This document shows, one piece after another, positions 36,498 through 48,144 of a DNA stretch of 64,000 bases (within the stretch, counting starts at the first letter, position 1; every line of letters begins with the position of its first letter). The notes beneath the pieces were generated by a model, which made no database searches, had not been told where the DNA came from, and saw nothing but the letters and a program-made list of their open reading frames with translations. The translations under genes were made by a program, and so were the position numbers. The DNA is taken from positions 110,486,001 to 110,550,000 of the forward strand of contig CM059431.1 in assembly GCA_030390025.1 (NCBI GenBank). Reading direction: 5' to 3'. The stretch comes from Squalus acanthias. Lineage: Eukaryota.

Positions 36498-37267
36498 TGG
36501 GCCAAAAATTCGGCACTTGCCGGGTGAGTATGCACTGTGTACTCACCTGTAAGGCCTCCTGAAGTGCCGGTTTCCTGCATGCACTGCGCATGCGCGGGAA
36601 ACCGGAACTTCCGGTTTCATGAAGGGAGCGGTTCAGAGGTGAACCGCGTGCGCGGTAGAGGCTGCGCGCACGCAGCAAACTTAGTTTTTTTTTCAGGTTT
36701 CTCCGGGAGGGTAAGTATTGAAGAGGCTGCACTTTTAAAAAGGAGGCGCAGGACCCGTTTTCAACAAGGTAAGTGGTTAATTAATTACAATTAAAAAAAA
36801 CTTTCCAACAGGTTTATCTTTTTTAGATACTTTAAAGAAAGGTAAGTTTATTTTTAGCACTGTTAAAAAGTATTTTAATTTTTTCAAAAATTTAAATTTT
36901 TGTTTAAAGTAGTTAATTTATTTAACTTATAGCTATTTTAAAAATGTGATGGTTTTAAAAAAAAATGTATTTGAAGTTTAGGTGTTCTTTTGGGGCCGAT
37001 TTCAATTCATAGATTTGACAGGTCTTCCTGTCAAATCTATGAATGAAAGATGGTCTGCTGCCATTGGCTCTCCATGCCCCACGTGATCCCAGGGGATGTA
37101 TCGCACTAACTACGCCCCTGGGATACACAAGCACTGCGCGCCGGCAGCTGCAGGAGGCCCAGGAGCTGAAGTCCCCGTGGGCCCAGAGGTCAACGGCAGG
37201 CACGGTAGGTAGGTGCGCGCGGGATCCTTGCACCCGCGGGAAGCCAGGGAGCCTAATTTCTGGGCCA
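36498..37267. mobile_element. Harbinger-like MITE related to 7756-10191
   Basis: Imperfect TIR TGGGCCAAAAATTCGGC / GCCTAATTTCTGGGCCA. Shares CATGC..TGCGCATGC and GATCCCAGGGG motifs with 7756-10191. Confidence 0.6.
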
Positions 37268-38065
37268 TTATCTCTTAGCTGCCCCCCCTCCCACCGTGAC
37301 TCAGCACTCCCTGTACACATAGGAAGCTTAGGCAAATTATTTAAATAAGCCAACCCTACTGAATCCAGCAGGGTTGACCATCCCCGTAACCATGGGAACA
37401 CTTGCCTGAGCCAGAAGCATGAGGCATTTTTTTTTCTTGGTCTGATCATGAAATCACCCTCTTCTCCAACTCCTTCCTTTACTGATGCTGGTTTAGTTTA
37501 AATGCAACACGTCAGTCATGGTTAATAGGAAGTTAACAAGACGGGCAGTGACCCGAGAGCTTCTGCCAACTGTTGAGTTACCCCCGAAGACCAGCATTAT
37601 TCAGAATGAAGGCAGTGTTCGTCTGTGGATGGATGTTTCCTTCTGGCACTGGCACGTATCACAAGCTTCCTGTTCTTAACAGTATGGCAATCCGTCATAG
37701 TGGTAGATTCTGTTGCAACAGAACTTGGATATGTCAGCCTTAGAAGCTTTCATCAAGTTGCTACAGGTCTTGTGTGATTGTTCCTGGTGTTTTTTTTGAG
37801 TCTGCATAAGTATATTTCCCTCTTACCTTTCCATTTAACACAATATTTGCATGTGGAGGATTAAGACTGTGGTTACTTGCTTTGTCCATTGTTTTCCGAT
37901 TTTAGTTCTCTGCTGTAATGTTACCGTGCTCGTTAGGCTTATTTGTTCATGTGACAGAATTTGTTTCTGTATGAGATTAACTCATTTAAACAAAAAGTCT
38001 TCCAGGTAACCGATCTGCATTCAATCCTTTCTTTAATGTTACTTTCAAACTGGCTCCCAGCAGTA

Positions 38066-38385
38066 AAGATAGAAAGACTTGCATTTCTATAGCGCTTTTC
38101 ACAACCGCAGACCGTCCCAAAGTGCTTTACAGCCAATGAAGTACTTTTGAAGTGTAGTCACTGTTGTAATGTAGGAACTTCAGCAGCCAATTTGCGCACA
38201 GCAAGCTCTCAGAAACAGCAATGTAATAATAATACCAGATCATCTGTTTTGATGGTGATTGAGGGATAAATATTGGCCAGGACACCAGGGAGAACTCCCC
38301 TGCTCTTCTTCGAAATAGTGCCATGGGATCCTTTACGTCCACCTGAGCGAGCTGACGGGGCCTCGGTTTAACGTCTCATCCGAAA
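38066..38385 (-). mobile_element. DeuSINE (SacSINE1-like) 3' portion
   Basis: Reverse complement of ~35675-35995. Confidence 0.85.
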
Positions 38386-38395
38386 GTAAGTTTAA

Positions 38396-38538
38396 AACAA
38401 AAGCAAAGTACGGCAGATGCTGGAAAGCTGAAACTGAAATAAACACAAAAAAATGCTGGAAACACTCAGCAGGTCAGGTAACATCTGTGGGAGAGAGGAA
38501 CAGAGTTAATGTTTCAGGTCGATGACCTTTCGTCAGAA
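38396..38538 (-). mobile_element. Penelope-like P1 terminal fragment with hammerhead motif
   Basis: Minus strand reads TT-CTGACGA-AAGGTC(ATC)GACCT-GAAACATTAACT. Confidence 0.65.
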
Positions 38539-38821
38539 TCAGTAAGCTCAAAACCAACATTGGAACAGGCTTGGAAGCGGGTCAGTTGCCTGGAAGATCT
38601 TTTAATTTCCCTGCCTCTCTCCTCAGTGGGAAAGCACCTGCCCTTTGCTTGGTTCCCTTCTCTGATGGCCTAGTCGAGGTCAAGGAATAGCCATGTGCAG
38701 AATCATGACAAGATTGTGTCCTCCCAACATCAGTGCGTTGCCCTACGAGACAACCTTTTATTCCCTTTTCTTTCCCCACACACCCAAAAAAAAGTGATGG
38801 TTTATGAAATCCTGTCAACTA

Positions 38822-39955
38822 TGTAAGGGGTATCTTAAGTGAACGGTTCGAATCGACCAACACCCCTCCGGTTCCTAGACTTTGGGCTTATTTAGGGGTT
38901 GTGAACAAAATTGCAGTAAACAGGTTCTGATGAAAGAAATTTACTTTATTAAAAGAAAAAGGTAACAAACTTGAAACACACTTATTACTTAAACACAGAT
39001 TCGGGGAACACACGGTACAAGCGAGGGAAATGACAATATATCAAACAAAACCTTATCCCTCCCAAATATCCCACTATCTGGCTAGGTTTTTGGTTTCAGG
39101 AGATCAGGGATAATGCTCACCAACGAGTCCTTGACAGGATATTAGAGTCTTTTTGTTTAAAAGGACTCCGTAAGGCCCTTGGTGCTGCGAGGTGTCTGAT
39201 GGCCACTGCGGCAGTCGCTCTGGTTTCTTCTTGCGTGCTGATCTCCTGGCCTCCTTCCTCGTGGCTTGTGGTAAGTTTTGCTGGAGCAGGGAGAGAGAGC
39301 TGTGTTTGCGTGGTCAGTCAGTCCGAAAAGAGAGAGATTATGGCCCAGGCTTTCAAATTATACTGTATCCTTTTTCGCGCTCAAAACCCCCTACTAAAAC
39401 GAATTCCTTTTTGAATGTAAATGACCCTTTGTCTCGTTTTTGGCGGGCTGGCCAGCTCCGATGGTTTTTGCTTAGTGTTAATCGCTTTCCGATTTAAACA
39501 CCGCCTTATCTACGCGCCAAATCTTCACTCTATTGTCCTTCTGTTGGCGGGCTTTTAAAACGGTTCTCTGGATACCTGGTTGATTGGTTTTTTGGATGGG
39601 ATAATGGCTATGAAACTGTGTGATCGGTTTTATATTGTCATTGAATCGTTTTTAGATTTCCAGCATTTTGTTTGCCCCTGGGGATCCATATTTGAATGTG
39701 TTTGTGAGTTTTTTTTTGTCGACAGTTTACTGCACTGCCTGGCCATGCCCCTCTGCAGCCTGTGTGTCTGTGGAGGCGTCTTTCCCCAGTAAGATTCGAA
39801 AATTCAGTTTCCTCAGGTTTTCTTCTTGTGATCTTTAGGTTTTTACATCAAATCACTTCACTGAGGTCCCATCATCCCAAGTTTGTATGAAAAGTCCAAA
39901 AATCACTCCCTTTAGGGCTCTGTTCGAGTTTCTGGGGGATTTTGCGAAGCCTACA
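38822..39955 (-). mobile_element. Probable solo LTR (1134 bp)
   Basis: TGTA...TACA termini and perfect 4-bp TSD ACTA (38818-38821, 39956-39959). Orientation inferred from AATAAA on the minus strand (38945-38950). Confidence 0.75.
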
Positions 39956-40249
39956 ACTAGAGGTCATAAATATAAGATAGTCACTTTTATAAATCCAATA
40001 AGGAATTTAGGAGAAGCTTCTTTACCCGGGGAGTTGTTAGAATGTGGAACTTGCTACCACATGGAGTAGTTGAGGCGAATAGCATAGATACATTTAAGGG
40101 GAAGCTGGATAAACACATGCGGGAGAAACGAATAGAAATATATGCTGATAGTGTTAGATGATGTAGGGAGGGAGGAGGCTCGTATGGAGCATGAACACCA
40201 GCATGGACCAGTTGGGCCGAATGGCCTGTTTCTGTGCTGTAAAGTCTAT
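39956..40249 (+). mobile_element. CR1 3' fragment
   Basis: TRGHKYKIVT and a CR1 3' hairpin GGACCAGTTGGGCCGAATGGCCTGTTTCTGTGCTGTA. Confidence 0.8.
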
Positions 40250-41079
40250 GGGCTGGATTTTGTCAATGGGAAGCTTTTGGAGGCGGGACTGCTGCTTGCC
40301 AGCTTTCAATCCCGCCTCCATCAGCTTCTGGCCAACCAGCGGGATTTTTCCCTGATTTACCTTGTTAAGCCCGCCCAGCAGGTTCAGCAGGCCAAATAGG
40401 GGAAAGTCAGTGACAGAGCACGCCAACGTATTACGTGCCATCTATCAAGATTTTTTGAAAAAAGAAATGTCAGTGTTTGACAGCTCTATGAAGTAGTTTG
40501 ATGAGACCTTGTGTTCAGGACTCATCAAACCTTTCAACTTTGCAGAAATCACCTGGCTGCTGGTTCGGAGGAGCCAGTCTGTGAAATCTACAATGGAGAT
40601 GTCGGGACTCCGGCTTCTCAGCGGCTGAAGGCTGTAGGCAGAAACAAAGGTAAGTGAACATTTTCTAACACTTTACACTTACCTTACATACTTACCACTC
40701 CACACTTGCACCCATCACTCACCTCTATATTGCACCTTCAGACCCCTCCAACCCCCGCAGACCTCCTACTCGTCTCCTCCACCCTGGCGGGGTTCCCTGA
40801 GGTCGGGAAGCCTGCACTTGGGAAGGTAAAATGGGAATAATCCTATTTTCGGAGGATCCAACAGCCAGTCTGTGAAATCTACAATGGAGATGTCGGGACT
40901 CTGGCATATAGTTAATAGGCTTTAATCCCTTTCCCACCTCGAGGAGACGGGACCTGGGGCAGGACGGCTTCCCGCCTCCTGGCAAGAGGGCACGGAGGCG
41001 GGCCCGCCCCCAAATTCTGCAACTTTACCAGCAGTCCCGCCTCCATTCTCGCCTCCTCGGGGCTGACAAAATCCAGCCC
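40250..41079. mobile_element. Harbinger-like MITE (830 bp)
   Basis: Perfect 16-bp TIR GGGCTGGATTTTGTCA / TGACAAAATCCAGCCC. Flanks TAT/GAT. Confidence 0.8.
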
Positions 41080-41769
41080 GATGTAATTGCCTTCCATTCC
41101 TAAATGTTAGTCCTCTGAAATGTACTCTAATCCCATGTCTCCAGGCTAGAGATCTGGGAGAAATGTTTGTTTGCACTGTATATGCAGGCTGCTCTAGTCT
41201 TGTGTTGCTCCCCTTTCTCCGTGTTCTTGTGTACCTTAAGTCACTGTAACTGAAGCAAACAGGAGACCATTGAATAGCAAAGACGTTTATCAATAGTCCG
41301 AATCGTGCATTGAGCAGCTTCAAAAAATACACGTACATCTCTCAATTATACCAATCAGAGCTCTGTTCTGTGCTGCGTGACAGCCTTTGATTTATTGAAG
41401 GATTTTAAACCACTAGCTTAGATGTGCTTTCCAAACTGATTAGTTTCATTAGGTGTGAAGTTTGTCTTTTCTTTTCAAAGAAAATCAGGCAGAATGTAAA
41501 ACTTGATGTGTTTCTCGCACTACTGCCAAGGATGACTTTCACCCCCATTAAATTTAAATTGGGACTGTCTGACCATCAAACTAATTAACCACTGAATTTG
41601 ACTTCAAATGCATTTACATGCCAACTGTTGGTATTTCCTGGGAGATCTATGTTGCACCAGCTTGCACAAAACAGTAATCTTGGCTGATGCTTCACTATAC
41701 TTTTCACATTCCAGAACTTGAGTGCTGTGCACAAATTGGCTGTCGCATTTCCTACCTGACAACAGTGAT

Positions 41770-42150
41770 TAAGAATATAAGAAATAAGAGCAGGAGTAGG
41801 CCGTATGGCCCCTCGGGTCTGCTCCGCCATTCAATAAGATCATGGCTGATCATCGACCTCAACTCCACTTTCCTACCCGAACTCCATATCCCTCGATTCC
41901 CCATAGAGTCCAAAAATCTATCGATCTCAGCCTTGAATATGCTCAACGACTCAGCATCCACAGCCCCCTGGGGCAGAGAAATCCAAAGATTCACAACCCT
42001 CTGAGTGAAGAAATTCCTCCTCATCTTAGTCTTAAATGGCCGACCCCTCATCCTGAGACTATGCCCCCTAGTTCTAGACTCTCCAGCCAGGGGAAACAAC
42101 CTCTTAGCATCTACCCTGTCAATCCCCCTCAGAATCTTATATGTTTCAAT
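41770..42150 (-). mobile_element. CR1 3' fragment inserted in a plus-strand DeuSINE tail (~41722-41769 and ~42155-42245)
   Basis: ORF 41752..42099 encodes the CR1 C-terminus. SINE tail sequence (GCTGTGCACAAATTGGCTG...ACAACAGTGA / ACTCTTCAAAA...TATATAAATGCAAG) lies on both sides. Confidence 0.8.
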
Positions 42151-43369
42151 TATGATTACTCTTCAAAATGACTTAATTGGCTGTAAAGTGCTTCGGGATG
42201 TCCTGGGGTTGTGAAAGGTGCTATATAAATGCAAGTTCTTTCTTTTTTCTTGAGAGAATGCTCTTATCTTGCCACTGATTATTGCTAATCCATATATAAA
42301 CTAAGAAATACATCAAATAAACTTCGTCACTATTCTGTACTGGACAGATATCCCATTCCTTGACATGGCTGCTCTGTGACAAAACTTACATCACGATCAG
42401 AAAATACATTTGAATTGTTGGCTTCTGGCAACCCAGTAAGTGTGAATATACCGGCGAGAGAGAGTGAGTTTACTGGTAATCAACTGTCCAGTATTTTTTG
42501 ATAAACATTGCAATTGGTAATGCTGTATACACAAGTGCTGTGGGACGTTTTTACTATGTTAAAGGTGCTATATAATTGCAAGTTGTTGTATAAATGTAAT
42601 CGTGGATCAGACACAGAGTGTCTGCATTCCCACTGATGGCCACAACTGGCACAAAAACAGACACAAAACTGAATACACAAAATCAAACCGCGTGTGCTTT
42701 TGCAGAATTCAAGATACCAGGGAGTGATTTCAAGATTATAGTCTAACTTGTATGTAAGGATGATGTTTACAAATCACTCCAGCTTCATTGTTGTGTTTTA
42801 TGACATTAGAACTTTGTCTCCAAACTCTTCCTTGGTGTTGTGTCTACCATTACATAAACTATCAGAACATGATTACATTAATCCAAGTGCTTGGGAGCAT
42901 CTTTTCATGCAGGACACCATTGTGATGTAGCCACTAGCTGTGATACCGCAATGATGCAGAAAAGAGTTAACCTCTGCTGTAAAGAACAAGGATGTTCACT
43001 GTGGAGCAGAATATATCAAAACATCTCTTAGATGTAGGATGCACTCTGAATCACTGCAGCCACTTGTGTTAACACTTTCTGGCATCTATTGCTTAAACAT
43101 CTTCCCTATTGCAGAAACAATATAACATACCCTCTGCAACACACCCTTCACCAGAGATACCCTTCAGAGAGCAGATGGCACATTTGCTATTCTCCCATGT
43201 TAGAATGAACAATTTAAAATAAAAGAGTAAACAATTAATTCGCATTTGTCCCACGTCAGTTGAACATTCAATGTGCTTCTAAAATGTATGTGCATCTGTG
43301 TATGTTTAATTCCACACGGATTTTCCACCATTCCTGTAGTCTGCTCTGACTCTTCCAAGAGTTCATTGG

Positions 43370-46300
43370 ATTTGTTACATACAAAAGCAACTTTATTTAA
43401 CCTTCATGCCTCCATTCATAATTCAGGTAATTACAAATGCATACGTTTAAAGATGTGTACTATAGTTCTTCAATTCACAGCTCAGCTCATGGGGAAGTTG
43501 AATACAGAAACGCGAAGCACTGATGGAGAAGTTTTGGGACACATGGAAAACTAAACACTTGTTCATTTATGTCTTTCAGAAGAGACTTGGGGCAAAAACA
43601 GAACATCCTCTCACAGAATTTCATTACAGGGACTCCCTTTACATTTTTGGGTGATACCATCATTTTACAGTAAGATGAAAAGCTCTGGATATATTTACAA
43701 TACATACATTGTACATAAATACAAGAACAACACTTACATAAATGTTAGTAAACGTGTCACATACTTATTGCCTGAACTAAATAGTGTACAAAGAACAAGA
43801 AAAAAATCTTCTTCAGAAGATTCAAAACTCGGATTTATTTTTAAAGAAGGAAACACTGGGGTTTAAAAACTATTGCAGGATTAACGCAAGTCCTTTCATA
43901 AATCAGCCAATTCGTATTTTTCATTCGCAAAATTCACTGGGTGCACTTAGGACTAAAATTAGAAGCCTTCCAATTTAGTTTCCCCCCCACACCACTATTT
44001 ACAGCCTATGTAAAACTATGACTCTCAAAATACTTTGAACTCTCCACATATAATACATTATATTTAAAATAGATGTCCCAACTAGTACAGTGAAATATCA
44101 GAATGGTTTTTGAGAGTTTGGAAGTTAATCCCTGTATAAATCTTTTTCTTAACTGAGGCTAATTCAAAGTGCAAGACATTGTGTCTTCGAAAGGAGCTGG
44201 TAATTTTTAAGGACAGTATCCATCTTCAAGAAATCATACCTTCATCTCTTGGGCTTTAAGGTGCAACTTTAACCCTTTGCCTTCATTGAATTTTTTTTTT
44301 GCTTTACAAAATGCAAGGTTATAGCAGAATTTTGTTTTGTTAACGCATATTTTATCAAACACTTACAGTTTTATTAACGCAAGTATTTTACCAATATATG
44401 TGGAATGGGTATTCCGACAGTTTCACAAGATAGGCTGTTGTTGAGCAAAACTGTAGAATTTGGAGTGAGAAAACCGAGATGTTAAAGGCAATGGTTCTGT
44501 CTCTTACTGTGGGTGCTTCAGTCAGGTTCACCATGAAGGCCAACAGTTTATTCCTTGAAGAATACTGCCCTGTGAGGGGGGAGGGGTTTAATACTTTCAA
44601 CATTATTGAGAGTTTGTGCAACACAAGAATGAACTCTGCACTATTAGTATTCCAATTTCACATTTGTACAAACATATTGTCTCGTCGAAAAGACAAATAG
44701 AAATCAGCATATCAGAAGAAAGACACCTCCAACTCTTCCTTTTCTTCTTCATATGGTATAACGTCACATTAATCAGGTTAGAAGATGCTACTGGCAGGCT
44801 TCAAATATCAACAAGAACAGCTCAGTGCTGTGCTTATCAGTCTTTTATGATTTTGATTTCTTTTCTTTCCCTAGAAGTATTGCTGTCTTAAAGCAGATGA
44901 GTGGAATGAACTGTCATCTACTGTACATATGATTTTAAAAAGTAAATTTGAACCAGTCAAGAAAATATGGATAAACACTCGTAGAAAACTCGTGTGGTTT
45001 CCCCAACAGTGAGGTGAAAGAGTTTAACTCTGACTGTATGATTAAGACAGTGATCACTTAAAAAAGGCCTACTATACGCAAGGAACATTATCGTTAGGTG
45101 CTGTAACTGAAACTCAGCAAAGTGGACCTTAACTCTTACTTAACTAACAACTTATTGTTGGCCGTTTCCTTGTTAAGAAAAAGGAATCTAATCCATGCAC
45201 TTCTAATTTGTACAGTAATACACTGCAATATATAATTCTTAGTAATGACTGATGCTCTGGAGAGCTGCAGCAACTTCTTCACTGGTAGTCTTAAGCAATG
45301 ATTAACTATAATGAACTTCTCATTTCCTCCCCATCACCTCTGCCTGTCATCTGCAGAACCTCTTCCTATTTTCACCTTGCATTTCATGTGGAGTATTATG
45401 TGATCTAATGGACGGTGCCAGCAACCAATAGATGGGGAAATTCACAACTCTGCTTGATTCAAACGGCACAGTTGTGAAAGATGATGTGGCAGGAGGCGTG
45501 TTAAACCTCACACAACTCTGTCACTTCCCTAATATGGCATTAATGACATTCCAACAAATAGACATTGGACTGCCTAAGTATAAAAGGATTTTGTTATATG
45601 TTGCCCCTACTATTATTCTTAGAGGCCAATGTAACACTGCACTTCATGGTAAATTTGCTTTTGAATATTATCGGGTCAATATAATACCTCCATTTTTATG
45701 CCATAGTTCTGCTAGATGATATTTGCTGATGAAAACACAATTAAAAAGAAATAAGGCTTCAGGTATTTATGATAGTCCATTGAATGTGATTAAAACTATT
45801 ACAAGGATAGAACCTACAGGCTTCTAATAGGACCTCTTACCTAATTAACAGATCAAAGAACCAATAACCCTTTGCTGCCCCCCCAAAAAAATCCACGTTG
45901 CTAATTTGCACATCAGATGGTTAGTTCATACATTTCTTCAACACTATATGATACATCCCTACATAATTTAAAGAAAAATAAAACAGGAACAATGTGGTTC
46001 CAGTGAGAAATGCACATTCCCTGGTGAGTGCAGACATGCAGGTGGCAGGATATTCGAAAAGCATAACACCAAGTTATAGCGTACTATGGCGTATAACAAG
46101 TTACTGAAGCCGTACTGCCTCTATCCCCCCCCACCCCACCCGCCCCCCCCCCCTCAGTTTATTTATGCAACCCAGAGTAGAGATCACTGCAGCTGAGTAA
46201 TTCTTCAACTAAAGGAGGGGTTTGATTGACTCTGTTGCAGAATAATGACCAGTCCATCATGATCCATAACACCGTTACTGACGTGTAATTGAATTCACTA

Positions 46301-46857
46301 AGTAAGGGCTGTATTATCCTCCATTCACTGCATCTTGAGGCTTGTGTATACGGTAGAGGAAAATATCACCAAGTCTTTATCCTCTCTTTTTTTTTCTTTT
46401 CATTTTTCAAATGAGGTCTGTACGAGGCAGAGCTTTCTGAACTCATACAAAATAAAGAAGAAATGGAAATAGAAATGATAGGTTAAATTATGTTCTGAGC
46501 TAACATTTAGCACTAAATACTGGCCGGTTGCTATATGTTTATCCAGTAGTTGAAGAATTGTAGTAAAGACAAATTGATTTAAAATCTGAGAACTATTTAA
46601 AAAAAAAATGCACCAACTCATTATGAAAAGCCTTGGACAATAACGCAGGCCAAACTGAAATAATAATCGTAATTGCCAAATCACTGACAGTCGTTTTTGA
46701 CTGTCAGCAGCAGGAAAGATTAGAGTGCTCTTTATCTTTTTCTCCTTTTGGACAATTGGAGATGTCCTCAATCAATACTCTTGATAATTCAGCCCAGCTG
46801 AATTCTGGGGTCTGGAAGAGATCCTGCTCTGATGCCCCACTGTTCTTCAAAACACCT
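43370..46857 (-). other. KLF12: Putative KLF12 3' UTR with candidate poly(A) signal AATAAA at 43392-43397 (minus)
   Basis: Repeat-free AU-rich stretch right after the stop codon. Two TGTAAATA Pumilio motifs. The 3' end is inferred only from the hexamer. Confidence 0.55.
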
Positions 46858-47166
<309 letters not shown>

Positions 47167-47261
47167 TCACTACTGAAGACAATCTCGCTGCAAAGTGAAA
47201 ATATTCCATTAATTCTAATATTGAAATCATCATCAGAATATATTTTAGAAGAAAATCTCAT

Positions 47262-47540
47262 CGACTCATACAACACAGAAGGAGGCCGTTCGGCCCATCA
47301 TGCCCGTGCCAGCTCTATGAAAGAGCTACCCAATTAGTCCCACTCCCCTGCTCTTTCCCCATAGCCCTGTAAATTGTCCCTCTTCAAAATATCCAATTCC
47401 CTTTTGAAAGTTACTATTGAATCTGCTTCTACCACCCTTTCAAGCAGTGGTTTCCAGAATTGGTGCATAAAAAAAAAAATCTCCTTCTCTCCCCCCCTGG
47501 TTCTTTTGCCAGTTATCTTCAATCTGTGTCCCCTGGTTAC
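47262..47540 (-). mobile_element. CR1 3' fragment
   Basis: ORF 47334..47561: TRGHRLKI...FKRELD...GYGERAGEWD. Confidence 0.8.
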
Positions 47541-47898
47541 AGTTTTTAGAAAAACAAACACATTTAATTTTCAAAAGGCAGGTCAATTAATTGATTACCA
47601 AATGCTGCTACAATTTTTAATTCAGAACACAGGCGACGCTGGTCGATTGAGCACGCGTTCATTTATTTTATTATGGGATCATTGTATTGGATTAATGTAG
47701 AATGTTTGTGTGAAGTCAAGCCTTTTAGAATGATCTATAAACAAATGAAATTGTAGTTGAAATACTAGATAAGGAATAATATTTTTAGCAAAGTTTTGAT
47801 TACTCATTGTTCAGTTTTGAATAATTGTAATTGACTACCCTTGAATGACGGAATTAAATTCCACCATTTGATATTTTATAAAGCACATAATGGGATAA

Positions 47899-48058
47899 AT
47901 GTGAGAAGTCGCACAACACCAGGTTATAGTCCAACAGTTTTATTTGAAATCACAAGCTTTCGGAGCGCTGCTCCTTCGTCACCTGTTGGACTATAACCTG
48001 GTGTTGTGCGACTTCTCACATTTGTCCACCCCAGTCCAACACCGGCATCTCCACATCA
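47899..48058. mobile_element. Inverted Penelope-like insertion, family P2
   Basis: Same termini as 31602-31815. TSD core ACATAATGGGAT on both sides. Minus strand reads GTGACGA-A-GGAGCAGCGCTCC-GAAAGCTTGTGA. Confidence 0.75.
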
Positions 48059-48144
48059 GGACATAATGGGATGACAGCATATTAGAGTCTGAAATGGGCA
48101 GAATGAATACTGAACCTGTAATGAGTATTTTCTGCCCTACATTA

